A stretch of DNA of 64,000 bases from Candidatus Xenobia bacterium. Its GTDB lineage: Bacteria > Vulcanimicrobiota > Xenobia > Xenobiales > QWHO01. This document shows positions 45,268-54,897 of this stretch, piece by piece; within the stretch, counting starts at the first letter, position 1; every line of letters starts with the position of its first letter. The position numbers were made by a program, and so were the translations under genes. A model generated the notes under the pieces. It saw nothing but the letters and a program-made list of their open reading frames with translations, was not told the origin of the DNA and ran no database searches. The stretch covers positions 96,001 to 160,000 of the forward strand of contig BTUM01000002.1 in assembly GCA_045863235.1 (NCBI GenBank), written 5' to 3'.

Positions 45268-46111
45268 AGCGAAGGTCCACGAAAACGCTGGCCAGGGCCA
45301 GTGCCCGGGCCCGACCCACGCCGTGGAGGCGCATCAGCAGGTCGAGCATAAGATTGAGCGCCTGGGCCAACGCATCGTCGAGGTCCTCGGCGAAGCCCAG
45401 TGTAACCCACCGCTCGCCCCGGCGGATGTGCGGACCGGGCACCGAGGGCTCATCCACCAGCTCCAGCTCGAGCTCGATGCGCTCGAAGGGACACTCGATG
45501 GCCGTGCCGGACAGCTCCCCTTCGCCCTGGGCGGCGTGACCGTCTCCCACCGAGAGAAGGGCCCCCTCCACCAGCACGGGCAGGTAGAGCGTGGCCCCCA
45601 CGGTCAGCTCGGGGCAATCCATGTTGCCGCCCCCGGCATGCGGAAACCAGCCTTGCAGGGGCTCGGGGCCGGCCACCCCCAGGATACCCGGAAACGGCCG
45701 TAAGGCCGTGCGATAGCCATCCTGGTCCACGCCCTGGTCGCCTTCGAGCTGCCAGCGCACCACGATGCGGGGCTCATCGGCCACGCCCAGCCTGCGATTG
45801 AGGTCCTGGTTGAGAAAACCCGGACCACCGCTTAGAGTCCAGCCCCAGCTCGCGGTGCGGATCTCCTTCACGGTCACCGCCAGAGTGTCTCCGGGACGCG
45901 CTCCCCGCACTGCCACCGGGCCGTGCAGGCAAGGCCCCTCCTCACTCATCGCAAAGCGGGTGCGGCGCTCGTCCATGGGTCCGAGACCGGCGCCCACGTC
46001 CAGTGTGCGAAAGCGGACCGTATCCCCCGAATCCACCGTCAGGCAGGGGGCTCGATCAGGGCGAAACCAGCCGTGCAGGGTGCCCTCGCCGGGCTCCAGG
46101 GAGTGTTGCAA
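45209..46111 (-). CDS. Acetamidase/formamidase family protein
   Basis: GPVAVRGARPGD, GGNMD, LSVGDGHAAQGEGE..GTAIE. Confidence 0.9.
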   Translation of the reverse strand: MQHSLEPGEGTLHGWFRPDRAPCLTVDSGDTVRFRTLDVGAGLGPMDERRTRFAMSEEGPCLHGPVAVRGARPGDTLAVTVKEIRTASWGWTLSGGPGFLNQDLNRRLGVADEPRIVVRWQLEGDQGVDQDGYRTALRPFPGILGVAGPEPLQGWFPHAGGGNMDCPELTVGATLYLPVLVEGALLSVGDGHAAQGEGELSGTAIECPFERIELELELVDEPSVPGPHIRRGERWVTLGFAEDLDDALAQALNLMLDLLMRLHGVGRARALALASVFVDLRFTQLVNGRRGVHAIYRPPE

Positions 46112-46259
46112 GGATCCTCCAAAGTTTGAGCAAGTTCACCAGAGGAGGTTTCCCGATGTCCGCACAGGCTCCCGTCTGCGCCGGGTTGGCTGAGCTGGTG
46201 GAGGGCACCCATCCCTGAGCTTTCAGGGAGCCTTCAGTGAGACCGTTTACGCTGCCAGC

Positions 46260-46964
46260 GTGAAGATCGAGCCCACTCGGTCCTACCTGACATTGAGCGC
46301 GCCTCCCCCGAAAGCCGCTCCGCTGGACCGTTTCGTGCGCTCGGCCCGGAGCGCCCTGCCTGTTGTTGGCACAGTAACAAAGCTGGCGCTGGTGCCTCCC
46401 CTGGTGTACGCCGGGGCCATGGGTGGAGCCGCCCTGGCCGTCGCTGCGACCGCCGGGATTGCACCCCTGCAAGCAGCCCTGGGTTCCGGAAGCCTGGAGG
46501 CCTTCGGCCAGTTGCTGAGCCTGGCGCCCACAGCGGGAAAGGCGGGGCTGGTGTTGGGAAGCCTGCCCGTCATCGGTCTTTTTGTGCCGCGGGGCCCCCG
46601 CCCGGGGAACCTGAGCTCCCTGCTGGCCGGACTGGGAATGGCTGCCTGCGCAACGGGCACGGGTTTGCTGGCCCACTCGGGAGGATTGGGCCTACCCGCG
46701 GTCGTGGCCCTGACCACTCTGGCCGGCGGGTCCGGAGCCATCGGTGGCTTCCGGCTGGGCGGTGGGCTGGGGGCCGTGCTCAAACGGTTCTTTCCCAACC
46801 GGATCCCTGAAGAGCAAGCCGCGGACCCACGACAGGTCGTCAGCGACCTGGCCAGGGGCCTGGTGGCCAGGGAGGCGACCCTGGTTCAGGAGAGCGAGCG
46901 CCTGGTCGTTCTCGGAGGGGTTACGGTGCGACGGCGGCAGGCGGCTCCGGGGGGAGCGCACTGA
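46260..46964 (+). CDS. Gly/Ala-rich multi-TM hypothetical protein
   Basis: 234 aa with several hydrophobic glycine-zipper-like helices. Confidence 0.55.
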   Translation: MKIEPTRSYLTLSAPPPKAAPLDRFVRSARSALPVVGTVTKLALVPPLVYAGAMGGAALAVAATAGIAPLQAALGSGSLEAFGQLLSLAPTAGKAGLVLGSLPVIGLFVPRGPRPGNLSSLLAGLGMAACATGTGLLAHSGGLGLPAVVALTTLAGGSGAIGGFRLGGGLGAVLKRFFPNRIPEEQAADPRQVVSDLARGLVAREATLVQESERLVVLGGVTVRRRQAAPGGAH

Positions 46965-48168
46965 TGCGACCGCAGGCCCACCAGCCCAGACCCGCCAGCA
47001 GGGTGAAGGCGCCCACCCCGTAGAGGGTGTAGGCCCGGGTCACCGTCTCGACGGACTGGCCCAGGATGGGCGCAAACACCAGCGCCAGGCCGGCGATGTA
47101 GGCCAGCCTCCAGAGCAAGAGCAGCCAGTTGGCCTGTCCGGCGGCAAAGGCGTAGGAAACGCTCTCTACCGCGAAGCAGGCCACCATCCAGAGCGAAAGC
47201 CAGCGCGCCAGCTCGCCGGCCGGGCCCCACTCAGGGCCGAACACCAGCTTGAAAAGCCAGGGCCCGGCCAGCAGCACGGGCAAGACCAGCCCACCCATGA
47301 AGAGCACCGCAATCGCAAGCTGGCGAAGATAGAAGGCTTTGCGATCGGGCCGGCGGCCCAGCTCGCGGTTGACCAGCTGGCCGAATACCTGGCTGGTCAC
47401 CTGAAGCGGTGACCAGAGGGCCCGGAAAGCCAGCGCGAACTGGCCCACGTCGGCAGCGCTGAAGAAGGCGCCCAACACGAAGAAGACTCCCGTGTCAGAA
47501 AAGATCTTCAGCACGCCGGCAGGTGCCTGGTAGAGCGGGAAGCTCTGATAGGCTCGGGCGACCTGCAGCAGTTGGGGAGGCTCCCTCCTGGGGGCGCCCC
47601 GCTTGAAAAGAGCCCACTCCAGCCAGAGACTTCCAATCACCCAGCCCAGCACGCTGCCGAGCACCAGGCCAGGGGCCGACCATCCCAACAGACCGAAGAC
47701 GACCCAGCAAAGAGCTGCCACCAGAACCTGCACCACCCGCGAGGAGGCCAGCAGACGATACGCTTCCAACCGGTTGAACCAGAAGGTCAAGATGGAAAAG
47801 AAGCCCGTCGCCAGCAGGAACGGAGCCAGAAAAGGCAAGAGTCTGGCCAGCTCCGGGTGACCGAAGCGACTTGCCAGAGCCGGTCCCACCAACCAGGCCA
47901 ACAGGCCTGCAGCCAGCGAGAACACCAGGCAGAACCGACGCGAAAGACGCACCAGGTCGTAGGCTTCCTCGTCTTTGTCGGGGAGCATGACGGCATATTC
48001 GTAGCGTCCGGTGGAGGGAGCCATGAAGACCGTCACCAGCACCGTGAACAACGTGAACAAGCCGAACTGATCGGGCGTGTAGAGCTTGGCCACCAGCAGC
48101 GTGGCCAGCAGGTTGATCGCCTGGGCCAGCCCTCCCCCGCTGAGCAGGGTGAGAAAATTCTTCCTCAG
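46921..48168 (-). CDS. Wzx-type oligosaccharide flippase / polysaccharide biosynthesis protein
   Basis: NFLTLLSGGGLAQ, YTPDQFG, GRYEYA, about 12 TMs. Start uncertain (possible CTG). Confidence 0.8.
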   Translation of the reverse strand: MRKNFLTLLSGGGLAQAINLLATLLVAKLYTPDQFGLFTLFTVLVTVFMAPSTGRYEYAVMLPDKDEEAYDLVRLSRRFCLVFSLAAGLLAWLVGPALASRFGHPELARLLPFLAPFLLATGFFSILTFWFNRLEAYRLLASSRVVQVLVAALCWVVFGLLGWSAPGLVLGSVLGWVIGSLWLEWALFKRGAPRREPPQLLQVARAYQSFPLYQAPAGVLKIFSDTGVFFVLGAFFSAADVGQFALAFRALWSPLQVTSQVFGQLVNRELGRRPDRKAFYLRQLAIAVLFMGGLVLPVLLAGPWLFKLVFGPEWGPAGELARWLSLWMVACFAVESVSYAFAAGQANWLLLLWRLAYIAGLALVFAPILGQSVETVTRAYTLYGVGAFTLLAGLGWWACGRISALPPEPPAAVAP

Positions 48169-48614
48169 AGCTTGCGGCGCCGTGCCAGAGCTCGGCTGGC
48201 CTGCCTTCCGGCCTGAACGTACTTCTCCAGGTGGGTCAGGTGGCGAGCCACCAGTTTGTGCAGGTCTTCGGGCGACTCGATGGCGTGCTCGTGAAAGGAG
48301 AATCCGCACTGCGTGCACTCGCGAAACTCGTGGGCCCAGGACGAGTCGTCGGCATTCTCTTCCTGCACCAGCTGGGCGCTGCACACCGGACACAGGCCCT
48401 GCTCGGCCAGCGACTGCTCGCGCTCGGGAGTGAGCCGGTCGAGCAGGGTGGAGTGGGAGGCCGCAGTCAGCGCCTGCGGTGAGATGAGCCAGGTGGAGCC
48501 TTGCTTGCGGGCCTCCAGCTTGCCGGCGCGCAGCAAACGATAGATACGGCTCAGCGACATGGATAGCTGCTGAGCCGCCTGCTGCGCGGTCAAATAAAGA
48601 TCCTGGCCCTCCAC
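48165..48614 (-). CDS. Excisionase-like HTH (HTH_17) plus zinc-ribbon protein
   Basis: YLTAQQAAQQL..S..RIYRLL..GKLEARK.G..WLI, followed by CPVC...CTQC. Confidence 0.7.
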   Translation of the reverse strand: MEGQDLYLTAQQAAQQLSMSLSRIYRLLRAGKLEARKQGSTWLISPQALTAASHSTLLDRLTPEREQSLAEQGLCPVCSAQLVQEENADDSSWAHEFRECTQCGFSFHEHAIESPEDLHKLVARHLTHLEKYVQAGRQASRALARRRKL

Positions 48615-48669
48615 AAAATTTGAATTCTCCACAAGGCCAGAACAGACCTCTTGTCGAAGGAAGCTCTTC

Positions 48670-49146
48670 GTGCAGACCAGACCCGCTCGCCGCGAGGACG
48701 CCAGCGTCATCGCCAGCATCTACAACCAGGGCATCGAAGATCGACTGGCCACCTTCGAGACTCGTCTTCATAGCCCCGAAGAGGTGGCAGCCTGGTTCGA
48801 CGAGAGCCACCCCATCATCGTGGTCGAGGCGGATGATCGCGTGGTGGCTTACGCAGCCACCTTCTCCTATCGACCGAGAGACTACTATCGCGGCGTAGCT
48901 GAGTTCTCGGTCTACGTGGACCGCGACTTCCGGCTCCAGGGCGCCGGACGGATGGCCATGGAGGCGCTGGTCCACGCCGCCCGCCAGGCCGGGCTGTGGA
49001 AGCTGGTCTCGCGCATCTTCGTCGAGAATCTGGGCAGCCGCCACCTGCTGGCCTCGCTCAGCTTCCGCGAGGTGGGCGTCTACGAGCGCCACGCCCGACT
49101 CGACGGAGAGTGGCGCAACGTCGTGATCGTGGAACGACTGCTCTGA
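48670..49146 (+). CDS. GNAT N-acetyltransferase (phosphinothricin/ArsN1-like)
   Basis: IYNQGIEDRLATFE, EFSVYV, GAG, IFVENLGS, VGVYERH. Confidence 0.85.
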   Translation: MQTRPARREDASVIASIYNQGIEDRLATFETRLHSPEEVAAWFDESHPIIVVEADDRVVAYAATFSYRPRDYYRGVAEFSVYVDRDFRLQGAGRMAMEALVHAARQAGLWKLVSRIFVENLGSRHLLASLSFREVGVYERHARLDGEWRNVVIVERLL

Positions 49147-49189
49147 GCTGACAGGGGCCCGGCCCGGGGGAGAGAAGGTCAGCCCTGCG

Positions 49190-50779
49190 ATGGTCCGCGT
49201 CAACAATCCCCAGGGGAAGTCGATCCTGCCCGATGGAGCCGTCGTGCGGGGCTACACCCTGACCTACAAGGCGATGGGGGGCATGAGCGCCGTCTACCAC
49301 GGGCGTAAGGACGACAAGAGCTACATTCTCAAGGAAGCCCCCGCCAGCGAGCCGGCCCAGGTCCTGGCCCTGACCCAGGAGAAAGGCTTGCTCGAGCGCC
49401 TCCAGCATCCCGGCATCGTTCGCTTCGTCAACCTCTTCGAAGAAGCCGGGTATTACTACATGGTGCAGGAGCTCATCGACGGGATCACCCTGGAAGAGGT
49501 CAAGCAGTCGCGTCTTCCGAGCGAGGCCGAGGTGCGTGACTGGGGCCTGCAGTTGTGCGACGTGCTGGAATACCTCCACCAGCAGTCTCCGCCCATCGTC
49601 TACCGCGACCTCAAGCCGGCCAACGTGATGCTCAGCGGCGACCGGATCCGCATGATCGACTTCGGCATCGCCCGACTGCATAAGGGCGACCGCAGCGAGG
49701 ACACCGAGGCCCTGGGCAGCTTCTTCACCGCCTCCCCCGAGCACTTCGGAGCGGCTGAGACGGACGCCCGCTCGGACGTGTTCTCGCTGGGAGCCACTCT
49801 GCATGACCTCCTGGCGGGCCCCGACTATCGCATGGAGATGCCGTTCCAGTTTCCCCCCATCCGCAAGCTCAACCCGGCCGTCTCCAATGAACTGGAGGCT
49901 GTACTGCTCAAGGCCACAGCCTTCGAACCGGCTGACCGCTACCAGAGCATGGCCGAGATGCGGGCAGCACTGGGAGGCCGAAAAGCAGTGCCGGCTCCTC
50001 CCCCGCCGGCTCCGGTCGCCACCCGCCCGTCCTCTCGTGGCAAGATTGCCGCTGCTCTCTTGCTGGTGGTGGTCAGCTTCGTGGCCGCGCTGGCCTGGAC
50101 ACGCTCGGGCGACTCGCATGGACACGCCCACGACACCGGACTTCGAGGCGACGTCTTCGGTGTGCGTGCGGAAAACGATTCGGCCGTGGTCACTCTGGGC
50201 GAGGACATCGGCCTGTTCCGAGTCCAGGCCGCCTTCGGACAGAAGGCCCCTGAGCGCGCCGAAGCTCTGGCCCAGCGGTTGAACAAGCTCTATCACGAGC
50301 AGTGCCCCACCTGCGGGGTCTTCAAGCTCGAGCCCGATGGCTTTCGCATCGCTCGCTACGTGGACAAGAAGGTCGGCCTGGATGAGACGGTGCTCTTTTA
50401 CAGCCACCGCGACGGCGACCAGTACCGCTCGCCCCTGCTGTTGGCCGTGCTGAGCAAGCAAGAGGCCCAACGCCTGGGGACAACACCTCGTTACGCGGCC
50501 GGCTACTGGCGCAACCTGACCCGCGACCTGGTGGAGCTGTCGCGCGGGCGAGCCACCCGGAGCTCGCCCCTGGGCGAGCAGCTGCAGCAAGAGCTGCTCA
50601 CTGCTCGCAAGAAGATGCAAGAGGACGCCACCATCGAGAACCTGAACCGGCTACTCGAGGAGATCGACAGCCAGAAGGCTTTGCAGCTGCGCGAGATGTT
50701 CGAGAAGATTCCCAAGGGCTTCAAGTGCGACATCGATCGCTTCGAGCCCACCGGCAACTACAAGCCGCTCAAGGGCTGA
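49190..50779 (+). CDS. Membrane Ser/Thr protein kinase with an extracytoplasmic domain
   Basis: GGMSAVY, LKE, YRDLKPAN, IDFG, SPE, then a TM and a C-terminal domain containing CPTC. Confidence 0.85.
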   Translation: MVRVNNPQGKSILPDGAVVRGYTLTYKAMGGMSAVYHGRKDDKSYILKEAPASEPAQVLALTQEKGLLERLQHPGIVRFVNLFEEAGYYYMVQELIDGITLEEVKQSRLPSEAEVRDWGLQLCDVLEYLHQQSPPIVYRDLKPANVMLSGDRIRMIDFGIARLHKGDRSEDTEALGSFFTASPEHFGAAETDARSDVFSLGATLHDLLAGPDYRMEMPFQFPPIRKLNPAVSNELEAVLLKATAFEPADRYQSMAEMRAALGGRKAVPAPPPPAPVATRPSSRGKIAAALLLVVVSFVAALAWTRSGDSHGHAHDTGLRGDVFGVRAENDSAVVTLGEDIGLFRVQAAFGQKAPERAEALAQRLNKLYHEQCPTCGVFKLEPDGFRIARYVDKKVGLDETVLFYSHRDGDQYRSPLLLAVLSKQEAQRLGTTPRYAAGYWRNLTRDLVELSRGRATRSSPLGEQLQQELLTARKKMQEDATIENLNRLLEEIDSQKALQLREMFEKIPKGFKCDIDRFEPTGNYKPLKG

Positions 50780-52043
50780 AGCGAAGCTCGCGCTCCCTGA
50801 GCTGGAGGGTCCACACCAGCTGTCCCCGCGAATCCTTGCAATCGAGGGTCAACAAGCGATGCCCGCTGGGGCCGCTGACCCGGGCCAGGCCATAGTTGCG
50901 CCGGTCGCTGAACCAGCTGCCGCTCACCCGCGCGGGATTGTCCTTCTCCTCGGGAGTCATCGGGTGCAGCGACGAGGTGAGCGGGCTGGAGGTAAATTCG
51001 TAGAGGGGATAGCCCCCCTTCGGATGCAGGCGGATCAACTCGGCGCAATGCCGGTCGCCGCTCAGGAAGACCACTCCCTCGATTCGCTCGTGCTCGATGA
51101 AGTCGAGCAACTCCTGACGCTCGCGCGGATAGACAGCCCAGGCCTCGTAGGGGGCCACCGGGTTGAGCATCTGGCAGCCTCCCACCACCATTTTGAAGGG
51201 GGCTTGCGAGCTCAAGAGCTGCTGCTTGAGCCAGGCCATCTGGGCGGGTCCGTACATGGCCTCCCTGGTTCGATAGTAGCGATCGTCGAGCATGAAGAAA
51301 TCAACGTCGGCCCAGCTGAACCGGTAGAACGCGCCGGGGATCCGATCCTGCCCGTAGGTTCCGCCCGGCCAGACCTGGTGGAAGACCTCCAGGGCCTCGT
51401 CCTTATGGGGGAAGCTCGAGTCGGCGTTGTTGGGGCCGAAGTCGTGATCGTCCCAGATGGCGTAGTTCTGGGCGCCGGCAAAGAGAGGCCAGAGGTTGGG
51501 CAGGCGCAGGCGGTCCTGGCGAGTCCGTTCCCGCATCGCCTCGGCCGAGTCCCAGTCGCCGGGGCGGTAGTAGACGTTGTCGCCCAGCCAGAGCATCAGG
51601 TCGGGCGCATCCCTGGAGATCTGATCGAAGATCTCGTACTCGCCGCCGTTCTCGCCTTTGGGGATGGCGGGATCGTTGACGTAGACGCAGGAGCCGAAGG
51701 CGAAAGTGAAATCGCGCGGCTCGGAGGGCACAGTCTGGAAACTTACCGGGACGGGGTTTCCCTGGAACCAGAGGGTCCCGCAGTAACGAGCTCCCGACTC
51801 CAGGCCGGTAAGGTACAGGCGCTCGATCAGGTGGCTGTCGGCCCTGGTTCGACCGATGGCTCGAGCAACACGATCTCTGCGGGGATGCTGGTGATAGAGC
51901 AACTCGACCGGACCAGGGCGGTCGGTCTGCACCCACAACACCACCGAATCCGTCGTGGCCGGACCGACGATGACCAACGGCGGCTCCTCGGCCCCGGCCA
52001 GGCGCACGCCCAGGCCGAGCACCAGCAACAAGCCGGCTACCAT
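50769..52043 (-). CDS. phoD: Alkaline phosphatase D family protein
   Basis: FGSC, WLGDNVY, IWDDHD, LDDRYYR, LSGDRH. Start uncertain. Confidence 0.85.
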   Translation of the reverse strand: MVAGLLLVLGLGVRLAGAEEPPLVIVGPATTDSVVLWVQTDRPGPVELLYHQHPRRDRVARAIGRTRADSHLIERLYLTGLESGARYCGTLWFQGNPVPVSFQTVPSEPRDFTFAFGSCVYVNDPAIPKGENGGEYEIFDQISRDAPDLMLWLGDNVYYRPGDWDSAEAMRERTRQDRLRLPNLWPLFAGAQNYAIWDDHDFGPNNADSSFPHKDEALEVFHQVWPGGTYGQDRIPGAFYRFSWADVDFFMLDDRYYRTREAMYGPAQMAWLKQQLLSSQAPFKMVVGGCQMLNPVAPYEAWAVYPRERQELLDFIEHERIEGVVFLSGDRHCAELIRLHPKGGYPLYEFTSSPLTSSLHPMTPEEKDNPARVSGSWFSDRRNYGLARVSGPSGHRLLTLDCKDSRGQLVWTLQLRERELRFSP

Positions 52044-52096
52044 CAAAAGGCGAGGCCATGGTTGGACTCCGCCCAGACAGGGCCAGCCGCTGCTCC

Positions 52097-53803
52097 TTAC
52101 TTGCCGACTTGTTTGGCCCATCCCGAGCGCAGGGGAGCGATGCGGTTGAAGACCTGCTTGCCGGCAGTGCTGTCGGAATCCACCATGAAGTAACCCTGGC
52201 GCTCGAACTGGAAACGCTCTCCCACGGCGGCTTTGCCCAGACCCGGCTCCACCACGCCCTGCAGCACGGTGAGCGAGTCCGGGTTGATCAGCTCTCGGTA
52301 GTCACGTTTCTCGGCGTCGGGTCTCTCCACGCTGAAAAGCGGCTCGTAGAGCCGAATCTCGGCCTGGACCCCGTGACGGGCGCTGACCCAGTGCAAGGTG
52401 CCCTGCACCTTGCGCCCGTCGGGCGTGTTGCCGCCGCGGGTCTCGGGATCGTAGGTGCAGTGAACCTCCACCACCCGGCCCTCGGCGTCCTGCACCACGC
52501 TTTCGCACTTGACGATGTACGCGCGGCGCAGGCGCACCTCGCCTCCCGGCTTGAGCCGGAAGAACTTCTTGGGCGGATCGAGCATGAAGTCGTCCTGCTC
52601 GATGTAGATCTCACGCCCGAAGGGCACCTTGCGGCTGGCCGGGTCGGGCGCGCCCAGCCCGCGCTCGGTGCGCAGCTCCAGGGCGTCGTCGGGGAAGCAG
52701 GGCACCTCCACCTCCTCCACCTGGTCTTCGGGCCAGTTGGTGATCACCAGCTTGAGCGGGCGCATCACCGCCATCATACGGGGGGCTTTGGGGTTGAGGT
52801 CGTTGCGCAGGGCGTCCTCGAGGATGCTGGGGTCGATCCAGGCGTCGGCCTTGCCCACTCCCACCGTCTCGATGAAGTCGCGGATCGACTCGGGGGTGTA
52901 GCCCTTACGCCGGAAGCCTGCCAGGGTGGGCATGCGGGGATCGTCCCAGCCGCGCACCGTCCTGGTGGTCACCAGCTCGAGCAGTTTGCGCTTGCTCATC
53001 ACCGTATAGGTGAGATTGAGACGAGCGAACTCGATCTGCTGGGGATGACAGGGCACGGGCACGTTGTCCAGCACCCAGTCGTAGAGCGGACGATGGTTCT
53101 CGAACTCGAGCGAGCAGAGCGAGTGGGTCACCCCTTCCAGGGCGTCGTTGATCGGATGAGAGTAATCGTACATGGGGTAGATGCACCAGTCGTCCCCGGT
53201 GCGATGGTGATGCACCCGCCGGATGCGATACAGCGTCGGGTCGCGCATATTCATGTTGGGCGAGGCCATGTCGATCTTGGCCCGCAGCACCCGTGCCCCA
53301 TCGGGAAACTCGCCGGCTCGCATGCGGCGGAACAGGTCCAGGTTCTCCTCCACGCCGCGGTCGCGATAAGGGCTGTTCTTGCCAGGCTCGGTGAGCGTGC
53401 CGCGGTGCTCGCGAATCTCCTCGGCGGTCAGGTCCTCGACGTAGGCTTTGCCGGTCTTGATCAGGTGCTCGGCCATCTCGTAGAAGCGCTCGAAATAGTC
53501 CGAGCAGAAATAGAGATGATCGCCCCATTCGAACCCCAGCCAGCGAATGTCGTTCTGGATGGAGTTGACGAACTCGGTCTCCTCCTTGGCCGGGTTGGTA
53601 TCGTCGAAGCGCATGTTGCAGCGTCCACCGAACTCCTTCGCCAGGCCGAAGTTGATGCAGATCGCCTTGGCGTGCCCGATGTGGAGATAGCCGTTGGGCT
53701 CGGGAGGAAAGCGCGTGATGACGGTCTTGTGCTTGCCGCTGCGCAGGTCTTCCTCGATGATGCTCTTGATGAAGTTGGTGGGAGTGGGGGGCTCGACGGT
53801 CAT
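52097..53803 (-). CDS. glnS: Glutamine--tRNA ligase
   Basis: [43 protein letters not shown]. Confidence 0.96.
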   Translation of the reverse strand: MTVEPPTPTNFIKSIIEEDLRSGKHKTVITRFPPEPNGYLHIGHAKAICINFGLAKEFGGRCNMRFDDTNPAKEETEFVNSIQNDIRWLGFEWGDHLYFCSDYFERFYEMAEHLIKTGKAYVEDLTAEEIREHRGTLTEPGKNSPYRDRGVEENLDLFRRMRAGEFPDGARVLRAKIDMASPNMNMRDPTLYRIRRVHHHRTGDDWCIYPMYDYSHPINDALEGVTHSLCSLEFENHRPLYDWVLDNVPVPCHPQQIEFARLNLTYTVMSKRKLLELVTTRTVRGWDDPRMPTLAGFRRKGYTPESIRDFIETVGVGKADAWIDPSILEDALRNDLNPKAPRMMAVMRPLKLVITNWPEDQVEEVEVPCFPDDALELRTERGLGAPDPASRKVPFGREIYIEQDDFMLDPPKKFFRLKPGGEVRLRRAYIVKCESVVQDAEGRVVEVHCTYDPETRGGNTPDGRKVQGTLHWVSARHGVQAEIRLYEPLFSVERPDAEKRDYRELINPDSLTVLQGVVEPGLGKAAVGERFQFERQGYFMVDSDSTAGKQVFNRIAPLRSGWAKQVGK

Positions 53804-54066
53804 AGCGCTGGAAATTCAAGCCGTGGGCCATTCCCCCTGCTCGAATCAAGCTCACCGACTCAACGAGGTAACAGCGGCCGAGCCCGCCCGAGTAGCGAAC
53901 ACACGTTCGTTTCCGCCGGAAACGAAAACCTTCCGAACACAGGTCCGAAAGGCCGGTCAAATCGATCTGTGAAGGCTTTCACGGAGGCGAAACTCCTGCC
54001 GAACGCTCGCGCTCTGGCTGCAGCACGACAACCAGCGGCTCGGGTGGACAGTCGTGAGGCCGTGGT

Positions 54067-54897
54067 TCAGGCCCGCACCACCGGGTTGCGCAGCCGACCG
54101 ATGCCCTCGATCTCGCACTCGATCACGTCTCCGTCTTGCAAGAACACCGGGGGCTTGCGGAAGACGCCTACCCCGCCCGGGGTGCCGGTGGCCAGCACGT
54201 CCCCGGGCTCGAGGTCCTGGGCGAAAGAGAGCAGCTCGATCAGCTTCTCCACCGAAAAAATCAGCTCGCTGGTGCGCGATTCTTGCTGCAGCTGGCCGTT
54301 GCGCCACAAGCGCAAGGGGGCGTCGCGATGGTCGAACTCGTCGGGCGTGACCACCACCGGGCCCATGGGGCCGAAGGTGCGAAACGATTTGGCCCGGTAG
54401 AACTGCTTGTCCTCGCGCTGCGCCTGGCGGTCGGAGACGTCATTGACGATGGTGAAGCCGAGCACATGCTCGAGGGCGTTCTCGGCCGTGAGGCTGCCAC
54501 CCGGCAGGGCAAAGACAACGCCGAGCTCGACCTCCACGTCGATCTCCATGCGGCCGCGAGGCAGCTCGATGCGGTCGCCCTGGCCCACCACCGAGTTGCG
54601 CGCCTTGGCAAAGAACATCGGAAAATCGGGTGGCTGCTTGTTCTGCTCCAGGGCGTGGTCGCGATAGTTCAGCCCCACGGCCACGAACTTGGGCGGACGG
54701 GGGACGGGGGCCAGCAATCGCACCGACGAGAGCGTCCGGCGCGAGCCCTCCAGCGTGGCGATGCGGGCCGGAGGCATCGCCGCGACCAGCTCGCGCAGAT
54801 CGGCGAAGCGTCCGTCCTGGGAGAGATCCACCACCTCGTCGCCTTCCAGGCGGCCCGGGGCCGAGCGACCCTGGCTGTGAAACGTGACCAGCCTCAT
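54067..54897 (-). CDS. Fumarylacetoacetate hydrolase family protein
   Basis: VGLNYRDH, EVELGVV, NDVSDR, AKSF, GDVLATGTPGGVG. Confidence 0.92.
   Translation of the reverse strand: MRLVTFHSQGRSAPGRLEGDEVVDLSQDGRFADLRELVAAMPPARIATLEGSRRTLSSVRLLAPVPRPPKFVAVGLNYRDHALEQNKQPPDFPMFFAKARNSVVGQGDRIELPRGRMEIDVEVELGVVFALPGGSLTAENALEHVLGFTIVNDVSDRQAQREDKQFYRAKSFRTFGPMGPVVVTPDEFDHRDAPLRLWRNGQLQQESRTSELIFSVEKLIELLSFAQDLEPGDVLATGTPGGVGVFRKPPVFLQDGDVIECEIEGIGRLRNPVVRA

Noticed and set aside
39328..48614. Integrative element or prophage at tRNA-Asn (excisionase-like gene nearby)
   Set aside because: No integrase, no duplicated tRNA 3' end noticed, and no phage or conjugation genes.
53940..53960. CAGGTCCGAAAGG resembling SRP RNA helix 8
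   Set aside because: The required downstream AGCAG motif is absent.
53967..53995. CTGTGA...CGAAAC resembling a hammerhead ribozyme core
   Set aside because: It does not match CUGANGA, and flanking stems I and III were not found.
53804..54066. T-box riboswitch upstream of glnS
   Set aside because: No GGTGG.ACC T-box sequence or terminator on the minus strand.
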